DNA of 63,881 bases, from positions 2,654,695 to 2,718,575 of the forward strand of contig BFEA01000019.1 in assembly GCA_003427395.1 (NCBI GenBank), given 5' to 3'. Below are positions 1-13,679 of this stretch, in pieces. Under the pieces are notes generated by a model. That model saw nothing but the letters and a program-made list of their open reading frames with translations, ran no database searches and was not told the DNA's origin. How positions within the stretch are numbered: the stretch's first letter is position 1; each line of letters begins with the position of its first letter. A program made the translations under genes and the position numbers. The DNA is from Chara braunii (taxonomy: Eukaryota; Plantae; Charophyceae).

Positions 1-60
1 AGAACTGCCCGGTAAACCGTAGGCAGAGAGAGAGAAGAGGACAACAAACGAGGGGTTGTG

Positions 61-122
<62 letters not shown>

Positions 123-124
<2 letters not shown>

Positions 125-870
125 GGGTTACCAGCCCGTACGTATGGAGGCTCCCGGGTGGACCTCCGTACGTTCGGGCATTCGGGGTCCTGTACGGGGC
201 CTGAACCCGACAGCGTTCGTCCCCCGCCAAAAACTATTTCGGGGCCTAATTTTATTTTGTTTTTCTGAATTTTTTTGTACGACTTCTCTATGACGTGAGG
301 TACATGCCTTTAAATTTTCAAGTCATTTGGCTAAGACAAATAAGAATTAAAAATCACCAAAGATGGCGGTGTCAAAACGTGCTCGCCCACGTTTTTTTTC
401 ACTTTTTACTTTTTGTTTTCACTTTAGTTCGGGGTCTGAAAAATTTTATTATTTTTTGAAACTTTTTTAATGGGTTTTGTATTATGTGAAGTACACATCT
501 GTAAATTTTCAGGGCATTTAGCTATGCCCAAAAAAAAATGAAAAATCGCCAAAGATGGCGGTGTCGAAAACATGCTCGCGCACACACTAAATTTAATTCA
601 CTTTTCATTTTTATTTATTTTTATCATTAGTATTTGTTATGTGTATTTTATTTTTATTTCAAATTTGGTAAGGAATTCGGACGTAATGCTCAGGCAAATC
701 TTATTTAATTTATATTTCTCCATAACATATCTTTTTTTTCAGATTTTTTTGATGACTTTGTTTGTTTTTGTTTTTTTTTTGGGTCCTCGTTCGGCCTGAA
801 CGGCCGAACGCATCCCCAAGGGGTCCCATACATTCGGGCGTTCGTCCCGTCCAGAACGCCGGTTACCCTG
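123..870. mobile_element. Non-autonomous hAT-like element in (TA)n
   Basis: Termini TAGGGTTACC / GGTTACCCTG, CCCGAAC-type subterminal repeats; same family as 11496-12385. Confidence 0.7.
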
Positions 871-903
<33 letters not shown>

Positions 904-925
904 ATATATATGTATATATATATAT

Positions 926-1037
926 CGTCACAAATAGAACTGCCCTGTAAACCGTAGGCAGAGAGAGAGAAGAGGACAACAAACGAGGGGCTGTGACAAA
1001 CTGTTTTGTCGGAGTTTCACCGACTCATCAGGAGGCT
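926..1037 (-). mobile_element. Copy of the hammerhead-bearing repeat (GAAAC mutated to AAAAC); truncated copy at 1-63
   Basis: Near-identical to 39228-39338, next to (TA)n. Confidence 0.8.
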
Positions 1038-1456
1038 ATATATAGTTTGGGCTCAATTGATTTCGGGGCACGTTCGGGCTCTATATCGAGCGTTCGAGTT
1101 CGGTCACCAAGGCCTGAACGCGATGCTACGTAGAATTTGACCAATATTTTTTATTACTAAAAAAATAATTTATCATTTCAAAATGGGAAGTGTTTGCAAT
1201 GAATGAATACAAGTTGTCATTAATATCAAAGATATCAGAGATACATTTTCTACCAAGAAATCTAAAAAACATCGACCATCTCAAACTAATGGAACTAAGA
1301 TGCCGATAATGAAAAACTAATAACCTATTTCAACATACGTCTTTGCTCTCAACATCTTATTTAAGTTTTAAATTAATAAATGTTACACATAATAATTACT
1401 CATAAATAAACCATAATAATTATTAGATGAAAAACAATCGTATTTTTTAACTAAAA

Positions 1457-1488
<32 letters not shown>

Positions 1489-2255
1489 GAATTGAGGACA
1501 AGTAAACATAAGAAAAATATCAACAATGCTTATCTCTATGAATCTGGCCAATTACTTTCATACGATCTGCTTAAGATAACTTTTCCTGTATAATAAATTT
1601 CATGAGCTATAAGATTTTAACATTCATAATCATTTGAATCCTATGTGTTGTCATTCTTTTGCCTTATACCAGTGTAAACCATCAATCTATCCCAGGCTAA
1701 CTTAAAAACAAAAAACTGCATTTTGTAGAGCATAAAACAAATGAAAAGTTTATACCCTCAACCACTAGAGGTTTCGTCTTTACACGAACGTGGTTTCTTG
1801 CCGCTACAATATTACCACTCCCCCCTTCTTGTACTACTACTATTAGTATTATTAAAAAAATTCTACTATTAGTACTACCATTATTGTCATACTAATACCC
1901 TCTTCACCCAAATAGAGCGGGTAGTCATTATGGTTCCACCCGAACTGAAAGTTGCCTTAGATATAGTTGTACATGTGTCATAGGTGTACGTGTATTATGT
2001 GCGTGTTATATGCGTGTGAGAGAGTGGGAGCAAGAGGTGGGGTGCACGCACTAGTGTGAGACACTAGTGTGTGCATCTTGCCTCCCTCTTTTGCTGTACG
2101 CGTGTTTGTGTGTCCGTGTGAGTCTTTGTTTTCATAGTAGCTATACACAACTCGACAAAAACATCAGATTTTCTTGTACTTGAATCTAGATGTGGTACCA
2201 AATTGCTATTTATGTTATTCTCCACAAACAACGTTCAAATTTATACATAAAATTT

Positions 2256-2331
<76 letters not shown>

Positions 2332-2811
2332 CCGCCGTGTGAAATGTCGGCACCTGCCTTCCGACCACTCGCCATCTTCCCCCTGCCACCCCCCCTACGC
2401 CCCCCCCCATTTTGACTTTTTCTTTTGTGTCGTGGTCATTGCCCACCCAACTATTGAGCCTTGTAGGCCTGGGGTTTTATATTTTTGGGGCCCACCAGCT
2501 CCCACCGAACCTCTAAATGGCCCGAGGTCGAACGATCGAGCACATATACTCGTGGACAAGAAATTGAACTATGTCAACCTGTTGCGCTGGTGGTTTTGAA
2601 AAAAATAAAGTAAGAAGGAAACACTCTTAGAATGCTTACCTTTTGTAGCCACACTCAATGTCCTTGCCTTATCCTCATCTCTACAGTTAATGGTCATGTT
2701 TTGAAGTCATTTTATTCACTATCAATTGAGAACTCCATGACGAATTTTAGGGAACAGGGGAGAAAAGGTGAAGGAACAGGGGCCAGGGTTGTGATGGATT
2801 ACTTGGTCGCT

Positions 2812-3345
2812 TGATCAGGAGGTTGAACCGTACAACTCATAATCCACTATAGCCTAGGTTGCAGTTGAGCATCAACGGCTGCCGCACAACTGATACCCTG
2901 AGGTGTGCACCAACCACTGCCCTGAAGGGTACCTATGATGAAAACCAAAGCAGACTGGACCGAACAAAATGGAGAACAGTTGAAATGAGATGCAATGCAG
3001 CCCACGACGATGTCGCACGCCTGCCTACTATAAGTCATAATCCACCATAGCCCCGGTTGCGGTTGAGCATCAATGGCTGCCCCACAACTAATACCCTGAG
3101 GTGTGCACCAACCACTACCCTGAAAGGTATCTATGACGAAAATCAAAGCAGACTAGACCAAACAAAATGGACGGCAATTGAAATCAGATGCAATGCAACC
3201 CACGGCGATGTGCCACGCCTGCCTACGCTGCAGAACTGCCTGGTAAACCATCGACAAAAAAATAGAAGAGGACAACAAACAAGGGGTTGTGACAGACTGT
3301 TTTGTCATGGTTTCACCGAGTCATCAGGAAGCTGAACCCTCTAAC
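2812..3345 (-). mobile_element. Copy of the hammerhead-bearing repeat (3232-3345) with adjacent ~199-bp tandem duplication (2839-3228) and a further remnant near 2812-2835
   Basis: AGAACTGCC.GGTAAACC...TCATCAGGAAGCTGAACCCTC; the two ~199-bp units are direct repeats. Confidence 0.7.
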
Positions 3346-4278
3346 CGATGATACTAAAAGTGATAATCCACCTTAACACTATCAGTGGTTGTGGTTAAAC
3401 CAATATTACTTGGCCCAGCTATTGCCCATGGGACAAAATAACTTGAAAGTAGAAATGTGTCTAGTCGGATGAATCTGGGAGCTCCTGTAGTGGCCCGTAC
3501 GTTTCCTAAAATCCTGCCTTGTTAACGGGCATGACTTTAGGAAGTACTGGTGGTTTAGGTATCAATGACTGCCCTACACCTGATACCCTGAGGTCAGCAG
3601 CAACCGCTTCCCGCAAGGCAAATATATGTTTATATTTCGATCTGGCCACAAAGGGTGGTGTGAACGCACAGCATGTGGAGTTGTCCAACTGGTGTGGGTT
3701 GGTAATGGTCCCCTTTATTCTCTAAGCCCCAACCAATTCAATTACCTATCAAATCTGGACAGGATGGCCTTCCAGGCCTTTTTTATTGTCATTATAGTAT
3801 TACGGGGAACCCCGTAGCAGCCACATCCATGCTCAAGCCTCCAACGAGGGAACATGCGGGAACTGCACCCACCAGCAGGTGCAATACCTGCTACAACAGG
3901 TGGGTGATACTGGCCAGGGGTCAGTCGGTAGCATCAGGACCGAGCTTCTTCGATGGGCTAGTCACTGTGCCTCCCCGCCGGTCCCCTCCCCCTATGAACA
4001 TCAGCAGTCTCTACTCAATACCACTCGGGGCGACCAACGACATATCTCTAGGTGGCACGCGCAAAGCTTGCCTAGGAAGGTGCATGAGGCCAATGAGGAT
4101 TGAACCCAAGACCTCCTGAATGCCACTTGCATGCTCAGTTACCCAAGAAGCAGTACCTCTGGGAAGCAGTACCTCCATGGCAGTTACCCACAGTACTTGG
4201 CCACTCGTAAGCACGCAAGTACTCAGTCACCCAGAGTACTTGCGGTCAAGGAAGACACATTGTCTCGTAGGCACCCCG

Positions 4279-4410
<132 letters not shown>

Positions 4411-4732
4411 AAAAAAAAAAAAAAAAAAGTATTAACAAAACAAATTCAAAATTGTTCCAGCCGTTTAAAACACACAATCTGTGCACCTGTGCCCTCATGG
4501 CAAGTCAATAGTGGTAGGTAGGTAGTGAAAGGTGAAATTGAGAAAAAAATATAGCTTAGTTTTCCAAAAAAAATAAAATCAAAAGCTGTCAGACATTTTT
4601 AAGAGTTTTTGGCTCTTCGCCATGGAAAAAGAACTCTCATGGTTCGCTACACACCACTCTTGAAACTGTGAAATGTTTCAAGAGTTGTCATGCATCTTCA
4701 ATACTTTATTTTTGATGAGTTTTTTGGTGTTT

Positions 4733-5475
4733 GCTATTTCACCCCCTTTCTTAGGGTTTTTTTCACCTTTCCCTCATTGTACTTGTAGACTATAGGTCAC
4801 TAAGAAATACTTAGGCTTCGAGGTTGGTGCCCACATAATTTAAACATAGCGCGTTTTATTTACTTCTTGAAATGAAAACCATTGCACAGCTATACAGGGC
4901 TATCAAATTTTTTTTTTTTTTTTTTAATCATCCATGAGATGCCTATTATTGGAGTTGATCGGAGAATCCTCCAATACTAGGCATCCTGTTGTAATTGACT
5001 CCAATCTTTTTGTGGGGAGTTGCACCAACTGCAAATTGGGTGCAGTGACACAATTACAAGACCGGAGAAAGTTATAACATATAGATGAGAAACAATATTG
5101 ATTGCCCTCGTATGAGGGGATTGTCATTCAGCATGAACAGGGGACCAACCATTTCCTGACAACTGCTCATCTATCTCCTAACCACCTGCCGTACACAACC
5201 CTACAAAGAAAGTCTCTAGACACTTCTAATCCTCTTTGGTAACACTTTGTAATCTTTTTTAATTCGCTTGGATGATATTTACAGCCTAATCCACGTTCGC
5301 TAGCCACTACTAACGGAGTATGTGTTGATGTGTTTTCCTTTAGTCATTCAGATGTTCCAATTTGCAATTTCCTGATAGGAATCCCTAGATCAAAGAGATT
5401 TTATCCCGATGACATTTCACCTTTTATTGTATTCTTTCTTTCTCAATGAAAAGGAACTATACCCAATGGATTGTT
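4733..5475 (-). pseudogene. rrn26: Decayed mitochondrial large-subunit rRNA 5' fragments (NUMT), ~4733-4910 and ~5283-5475
   Basis: TTTTCACCTTTCCCTCAttGTACTTGTA..CTATaGGTCA..AATACTTAGGCTT and CCTAATCCACGTTCGCTaGCCACTACTAACGGAG..GTTGAT..TTCCTTTAG..AGATGTT are reverse complements of conserved 23S/26S 5'-domain segments, closest by recall to the plant mitochondrial form. Confidence 0.8.
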
Positions 5476-5607
5476 TTTGATGTAACAAGATCCCTTCCAG
5501 ACCTACTTCTCACCTTTTTTTTATGTCATATTATATATTGATAGATCCAAAGGCCACACACCCATCAGTTAGGGTGTGTTGTATGCCGTCATTTGAAACA
5601 GATCAGT

Positions 5608-5681
5608 GGATAGGAGTAAGATTTAAACCTACAACATTCGGATTATGAGCCTGAAGAGTTTCCAATAACGTTGTCCTACAT
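5608..5681 (-). pseudogene. trnfM: Decayed organellar tRNA-fMet(CAU) (NUMT)
   Basis: Minus strand reads CAGGCTCATAATCCGAATGTTGTAGGTTTAAATCTTACTCC, a bacterial-type initiator anticodon and T-arm with many substitutions; lies between the rrn5 and rrn26 remnants. Confidence 0.7.
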
Positions 5682-5739
5682 ATATAGTATCAGGATGAAA
5701 CCCTTAACCTCTTTTCTTTCAAAAGAAATTGAGTAATAG

Positions 5740-5857
5740 GTCCAAACTTGCACAATGTCTCACAAAATAAATAAGTACATATGGCATAAGAAATTTTTCA
5801 TGAATCGAGGTGGGAATGGGATTGGGTGCTCTCACGTCCTACAATAGTACTCAGATA
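5740..5857 (-). pseudogene. rrn5: Decayed mitochondrial 5S rRNA (NUMT)
   Basis: ATGTCTC..AGTACATATGGC..AAGA..ATCGAGGTgGGAATGGGATtGGGTG.TcTCACGTC matches the reverse complement of plant mitochondrial rrn5 over its length. Confidence 0.85.
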
Positions 5858-8800
5858 CTTGTGACCCACGGACCTACGTGCATAAACTCATTTCTGAGAC
5901 GCTTTTGTTTTCATAATATTCCCCCAATGAGCCGACCTCCCAATATAGAGAAATGACCCCAATCTTTACATTCCCTGCTCCAAATGCAGTTTCGGTTTTT
6001 CTACCAGGTCTAGAACGCATTCCTACCAAGTGATCACGTCCAAGTTCAGATTGTTTCAATCACAATGAGGTTGTACACTTGTGCTTTTCAGATTCGACGT
6101 AATTCTTTAAGGCTTATCCTGGATGCGGTTCGATGAACGATTTGGGCCAATTAATCCAATTTTCTTAATTTTTTTTTCTTTTTGCAACTCTCAAAATATT
6201 ATTATAAGTTGTCTGAGTTCTCGTTTTAGTTAGGATTTACGTGCAACTTAGCATGCGTACTTGAAATTCTCTTCTTCCAGACTTTTTAGATTTCGAAAAT
6301 CACGGACGTCTGTCGTAATACTTTGTGCCTAATCCTTTCTTTGTGCATACAATGTCTAAAGGCATCCTTACAAACCCCGTGAAATTTCGTTAATAAATGT
6401 TATAATAAGGATCAATATAGAAAATCGGTGTAAAAGTTCGGGCACGAGCGAAAGAATTCCGTTTGAATTTTTTTATTTCAATTTGGCTCGAGGAATTAGG
6501 CACATTTTCACTGACATTTCGTGTAACTGTTTTGGAACCTTTACAATCTATGTGAATGCATTATTTTACGTTGTGCTCGTGCTTGCACTCTTCCCTCACA
6601 CTTCCAATCCCCTTTTTTTTCACCGTCATCGACAATCTGTAACTGATTTTTTTTTTTTTCTTCCTTTGGGCCCTGTCTTCCTTCTTAAGCGAGTTTTGTC
6701 TTGCTCCGTGCTCTTTCATAACCTCCTTCCCCGCCTCGTTCACACAAGGAAAGGTCATGTTGATCTCCAAGTGACAGTAGAAGTCAGACGACGGCGTATG
6801 AGGAGGTTATGAAGTCCTCACTCTATTATTTGATTGACTACGTATACTCCAACCGAATCGACATGGCCTTCTTTTACCTTTCGTTGCTTTTCCTTCTCCC
6901 TTCTCTATCTCTCATTATCATACCTTCTCCACTTCCTTCGCATCTATAAATCTCGCAACGCGTATTTTTTGCTCTCTCGCATGCATTTGCCAACTCAAAT
7001 GGAGTAATGGCTAGATCACGATAGTGATTAACGCATCAAAAAATTATGGCATATAGGTTGCCACTTTGCAGGATTGCACGTTGGATCGTTGCGATGGACC
7101 ACAGAATCGGGGTGAATCGACCTAGCAGTTTGATGAAGAGGTTAATAATCGTTGGGGTTAACACTGGGCAACTGAGACCGTCAGCGCTCGAGAAAGGTGA
7201 GAAGTGTTGATTGGTTGGTTAGCATGGGGCCATAGTTTGAAAGCGGATGATTCTGCTTCTTCTGCTTCCTCTTTATCTTATCCTTTGAGTACAGTTGCAT
7301 GACGAGGCACTAATTTCTTTCTCAATCGAGTGGTTGTACATTTTTTTTTCTCATTTTGAACGTATGTATGAATGAATGATGATTGTGTATCAGACTTACG
7401 AAGGCTTATATGTGATTTTATTGGAATATAGTAAAAATGTACATCGTCCGTAACTTCGTCTTCTCGCTCTTAAAATTGTATTGCGTGCAGATGCTTGAAA
7501 GTGTGGACGCAGGTGAAGTTCTCAGATCAGATGTGTCATTCCGGCTGGATTCTTGTAAGAATACTGATTATTATTCGCTAACGATTGATTGTGTTCCCTC
7601 TCTCCCTTGCTGCTCTCCTTCAAATATATGTTCGTATGCATGAATGCTGGTGGACTAATGAGTGACCTTCTGCGAAGGTGATTAACGCAAACACATGATC
7701 AAAGAGTTTTGAAATGGGCACTCCCTTAAGGCGGCTTCACTCATGAAAATCTTTGCTCGTTTTCAGATGACGTCGCACCCTTTGATGCCTATAAACGCAT
7801 CAAAATGCGGTTTGCCTATATACGGGTCGCCTGATGACGTGGCCCAATGAAACGTACAAACGAGTTTTCCTTCAACAGAAAAATTCCCGCGAGAAATAAA
7901 ACTTGAAAAAACATTCCTTAAAAAAAAATCCTTCATTTTATAAATTATGATTCCAATGTTTGTTCAATTCTAAAATTTCCAATTTTATTTGATAAGATCC
8001 CATATAAATATGAGTTTTCCCTTCCAACTACATCTATTTGTTCAAGATGGAATGAAAGTCTGGACGAGTTTACAAAATATTTGAATTAAACTTTCATTTT
8101 ACTACAATAAATATCTTCTAATTTAGATTGGATTAACATATTTATGACTGAAAATCCTTACTTAGAATGATAGTCTAATTAAAATATTTCATGAACTTAT
8201 CCACATTTTCATTCCATCTCTAGCATGCAGTTCAAATAAGAAGGGATACCCCATTCTCGGAACGAAAGTTCTCAAGTAAAACGAAAAATTTTAAAATTGG
8301 AATGACATTTTTAAAGATGGAATGAAAATTTAAAATTTAAAATGTAATTTTACAATATAATGAATGTTTAATTCCTGGAAATTTATATGTTGTTCTCTTC
8401 AGTGTTTTCCCTCTCGATTCACCTCTTCCAGGTTTCGTTTTTGATGATCGATCGTCACCCCATGAAACATCTAGAATGTTGATTCTTTCGACTATTAAAT
8501 TTACTATATAATTCTTTTCTGAGGGAATCGCTTGCGCGAAGAGAATCGTGCAATATGACTTAACTTCAATGCTCGATGTTCCTTTGTGAGGGGAGGATTA
8601 TCTAGACAACTTATGGATGAGTTTGGAAAAAAGTTTCACAGAAAGCGATAACTAGTCCTTCAAAAAGATGGAAAAGAAAGACAAAAAATACCAAAATTAC
8701 GCTTATGAAAAATATTTAAAACTTGAATGAGACCAATGATTAATTTGGGCTGCATTTCTTGAAAACTACCCACTCTCACCTAAGGCATCCCTGTCACTCA

Positions 8801-11495
8801 TGTTCTTCTCTCGCCAAAGAAAAGAAAAAAAACCAATTAGAGAACATGCGAACATGTTTTGTTCTTTCAAAATAAGTTATTGAAATTATCCATGACCAAA
8901 ATTATAACTAATTAGGTATGGATAATGGCTGCAAACGTTTAGGAATGATTGGGAGACATAATACACAACTTCCTAGACATGGGCAGGTCCAGAGAAGTGT
9001 GTTCCGTATCGTGAAACTGCAATTCCTCGATTGTACACCAATTATCAAAATAAAATAAAATGGACAACATACAAATTCAATACAAATAGGAAGGGTGCAA
9101 AATAAGTACGCCCAAGTAACGAGGCATTGGTGCTGGGAGAGGCCTCATCTCACAAACAGATTCCCCTTTATTCCACCTACACCCTTAAGTCCTCATAATT
9201 TTCAAAACATAGTCCTCGAAAATTATCCCTTTTCTCATAACTCACTACACCCACCCTAATCCTCCCACATGAAGAAGAGACCACTAACCCCCTCGTCACC
9301 AATCACTATCCCCACCCTCCTCCCCCTCGAACGCCCACTCAAATGGGCTGCAAAGATGGCACATATGGATCTAAATAAATCTTTTAAAGTCTTTTAAGTA
9401 GATCACAGACCATTCTATACCTAGTACCATGCATAACGTCTGATGATATTTGTATATGAGAAACCCACTTAACGTCATCACAAACCCAACGTGCAAAAGA
9501 TAAACAAATTTAGGCTCATGCATCATTCTCAGCACTAGCCAAAGCTACAGCCTCGACCAGAGTTGCGATTTGGTTGCCCCCATCGTCTTGACTCACTCGA
9601 GTACAATCAGATTATGACAAGTAAGAAGGACGACGAGTCTGCATCAAAAGGTCCGTGGGGGGGGGAAACCATTTGTATAGTATGGGTTAAGCGATCCAAT
9701 TTAAAAAATTGCATTATCAAACAACCTGTACCAATCACTATTGAATGATATCGTGATAATTGTAGTATGAGACTTCAACATTACACCGGATCCCTAAATG
9801 GAAAAAAAAAATTGTTACAAAAAATTGAGTATAACCCCCCATAAGAAATATAACTTGAGACATAGTAATTCTTAACCAACTTAGGGCGAAATTGCAACTG
9901 ACAAGTCCTCATAGGCTGCTAAACCTTTTAAAACAAACATATACTTGCTTGATACGAGGAGATACGGTATAATATCTCATTCGATAGTTGTTTTCTCATC
10001 TTTTAGGATTTGTCAAGGTTGTTCACTATAGTTCATATTCAACTAATAAGCCCATATATCTTTTTGCACCACAAGGTAATTGCATGAGATCGTTCATGAA
10101 CTCTAAAAATGTTAGAGGATGAAGTTTTACATATACAATACATCCTTGTTGCAATATGAATTCCTACAAAGCTTGGTAATTCTCTTGTACTAATATTGGT
10201 CATCTAAAAGAATATCCACACGATTCGTAGTGGATTGCTTTAACGAAGTTATCGTGTAGCTAAGATACAAGGTAACAAATTTTATATCACGCATGAAAAA
10301 AATAGAAAACACACATTATAAATTTATTTTCTATACGAAAACAATAAAAAAATTACTAATAGGGATTGATGTGAACGTTTCCATTTATCCACAAGGATAA
10401 GAGATGATCTTCAAACCTACGTGTACCACAATCGTAAAACATAAGTACTCATGTTAAATTGCACAACGAAGGAACAAAATGAACTATGGCTAAAAAGTTT
10501 TCAGAAAATAAAAAACAAAGCAAAACAAAATGCAGTATCTTCATAAAAAAAAAACCTTTCACCATTTTTCCCCCCACAAGCTAACAATTAATACTATGCC
10601 ATAGTCGATTACACTACACAATAGTATGAAAAACTCTTAATCTCACAATCAAGTCAGAGACGAACGTAATAGATTTAACAAAGCAAGATAAACATTGCTT
10701 TAAAACCTAATTACCCTCCTATCCCAAACTCAAAAAAAGTTCAAGGTTTTGTAGTTCTCACTCTCAACTCAAAAAATGGTGGAAGCCTTGCAAGAGTTGG
10801 ATGAGGAAACAACATCGGGACTAGACTCCTCCCTAAATAAAATTTACCTAAAGCATCAAAAATCTTTTAATAAAGAAATTCTTTTGTTTGTCTTCGTTGT
10901 CAAAAAAAAAAAAAATAACAAGATTTGTTCGACTAAGGAGTAATCACGCAAGCAAAAACGAATAAAGACGTTTTTTTTCCTCTTCCATACGAAACAGCAA
11001 CTAAAATTCTCACCAAATACTTCCTACTAGTCGTGAATTTGTTGATTCATCTAAGGCTAAACGAATTTTATGCCTCGAAAGGATATTCATGATCAATATT
11101 TTTAAGCAATGAAATCGCAAAATATGCATAGCAAAGCTGGCCGGAGTTGGGGCGAGTCTTGTTGCACTGTAACCTAGCCGAGTGGGAGTGTGAGGCATGG
11201 GAGAGCCCGACAGGGAATAGGACAGTGTTGGACAGTTTTAGAGAGTTTTATTTGGGAGTCTAGAGGTTCCAAACATTTGAAAAGAGGTCAGTAGTCATTC
11301 ATATTTTTTCAATCTTTTTTTAATTCTCTTGATTTTCTTCAATAGTTCTCAAGTGCTTAGATTCATTCTCAACCGAAGCCGAGTAATGACCCCGGTATCT
11401 TAAATGACTTGTGTAATCCTATATGGGACGCTGGACCCGGTTCCCAGCACGTGGTGCTCCCCTGGAATAGACTGAAGCAGTAAAATAATAATAAT

Positions 11496-12385
11496 CAGAG
11501 TTGCTAGGCTGAACGTACGGAGGCCCCTAAGCTGACCCCCGAACGTTCGGGCGTTCGGGTCCCCGTACGGGGCCCGAACTCGAAGGGGCTCGGACCCCGC
11601 AAAAACATATTTTGGTACCTAAAAATTATTATTCTTTTCTGATTTTGTTTTTGTGAGTTCTCTGTTATGTAAGCTACGTGTCTCTCAATTTTGAAGTCAT
11701 TCTGTGGAGCCAAACAATAATGAAAAATCGGCAAAGATGGTGGTGTCAAAACTTGCTTTCCCACTTACTAATTTGTNNNNNNNNNNNNNNNNNNNNNNNN
11801 NNNNNNNNNNNNNNNNNNNNNNNNNNNNNNNNNNNNNNNNNNNNNNNNNNNNNNNNNNNNNNNNNNNNNNNNNNNNNNNNNNNNNNNNNNNNNNNNNNNN
11901 NNNNNNNNNNNNNNNNNNNNNNNNNNNNNNNNNNNNNNNNNNNNNNNNNNNNNNNNNNNNNNNNNNNNNNNNNNNNNNNNNNNNNNNNNNNNNNNNNNNN
12001 NNNNNNNNNNNNNNNNNNNNNNNNNNNNNNNNNNNNNNNNNNNNNNNNNNNNNNNNNNNNNNNNNNNNNNNNNNNNNNNNNNNNNNNNNNNNNNNNNNNN
12101 NNNNNNNNNNNNNNNNNNNNNNNNNNNNNNNNNNNNNNNNNNNNNNNNNNNNNNNNNNNNNNNNNNNNNNNNNNNNNNNNNNNNNNNNNNNNNNNNNNNN
12201 NNNNNNNNNNNNNNNNNNNNNNNNNNNNNNNNNNNNNNNNNNNNNNNNNNNNNNNNNNNNNNNNNNNNNNNNNNNNNNNNNNNNNNNNNNNNNNNNNNNN
12301 NNNNCCGAACGCGTCGAGAGGGGGTCCCAAACGTTCGGGTGTTCGGGTTTGGGTGTTCGACCCGTCCCGAACGCCGGCAACCTTG
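11496..12385. mobile_element. Non-autonomous hAT-like element spanning a gap
   Basis: Termini CAGAGTTGC / GCAACCTTG with ATAATAAT on both sides (8-bp TSD, within an AAT tract); internal similarity to 123-870. Confidence 0.7.
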
Positions 12386-13613
12386 ATAATAATAATAATA
12401 ATAATAAAATAATAAAATAATAAAATAAAAAACATATAATCCAACATAATATGACTTCTCAAACATGAACTTAAAAAATATAAAGTTTCGGAGAAAACAT
12501 AGAAATTAATGTACATGCTTAGAACAAATATGACGATAAATAGACATGTCTCACACCCATTCCAACTCCCAAAGTTACTCAGACAAAGGAACCCAAAAAT
12601 CGCCTTGCTCTTTTTCCTTATAGCAAAGATGTGGGTCTCACTTATCATAGTAAATAATCCGCATCCTAAAAGTTTCAACTCACTTAATTCCAATCACCTT
12701 AACCTTTGCATATCATCTTACTTATTTGTTAAACCACCAGTACTTCTTGAAGTCGTTCCTGTTAACAAAAAAAACATGATTTTAAATTTTAAGAAATGTA
12801 CAAGCCACTACAACACCGCCCATATTCATCCAACTAAAAATGCTTTTATTGTAATTTTTAAAGTTGTGTTGCACAGCGTACACGTACGCGGCCCCCGTGC
12901 ACACGCGTACACGTAAGCACGTGCGCACGTACATACCGCACAACGTACACGTACGCGGACCCCCTGCACACACGTACATACCGCACAACGTATACGTACA
13001 CGTATGCACGTGCGCGCGTACGTCAAAAACGACCCCATGTACGTGGTCGCAGGGGCCCTTTTTCCGGGCCAGGTTTTGGCCCAATCAGGGTTGGGGGGTT
13101 ATGGGGTGACCGTGTGTCTGCCCGCTAGTCTGTCTGACTGGCTTTCTGGCTGTCTGGCTGGCTGTACAACTGTCTGTCAGTTTGTCAGTCTCTCAGTCAG
13201 TCACCATGGTCAATTTGTTTTTGTTTGTCTGTCTGTTTGTTTGTCTATTTGTCTGTCACTCTCGGTGGTTTGTGTGTGTGTGCATTTGCATGTCTGTCTG
13301 CCAGTCTGTCTGTCTGCAAGATCTTGTCTCGTGTAGTTGTCTGTCTGGTCTGTCACTCTACCACCCTGTTCATGTGCCACGTCATTCTGTCACCCTGTCC
13401 ATAAGCATCTCTGTAGGTCTGTCCATCTGTGTGAATGCAGCTGTCTGTCGGTCTGTTTGTCTGTTTCTAGGTAGTTGTCTGTCGATCTGTTCGTCTGCCT
13501 GTTTATCCTTCTGTCCATCTATTTGTTTGTCTGTTATGTCTGACTGTCTGTCTTCTGTCACTCACTCTGTGAAGCAGTCCGTATGTGACAGTCAAATTGT
13601 CTGACAGACAAAC

Positions 13614-13666
<53 letters not shown>

Positions 13667-13679
13667 CTGTGTATGTGTG

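Noticed and set aside
11678-12693. Long ORFs spanning N runs (also 28080-28622, 33187-33722, 41148-42134, 60580-60953)
   Set aside because: Artefacts of assembly gaps and dinucleotide repeats.
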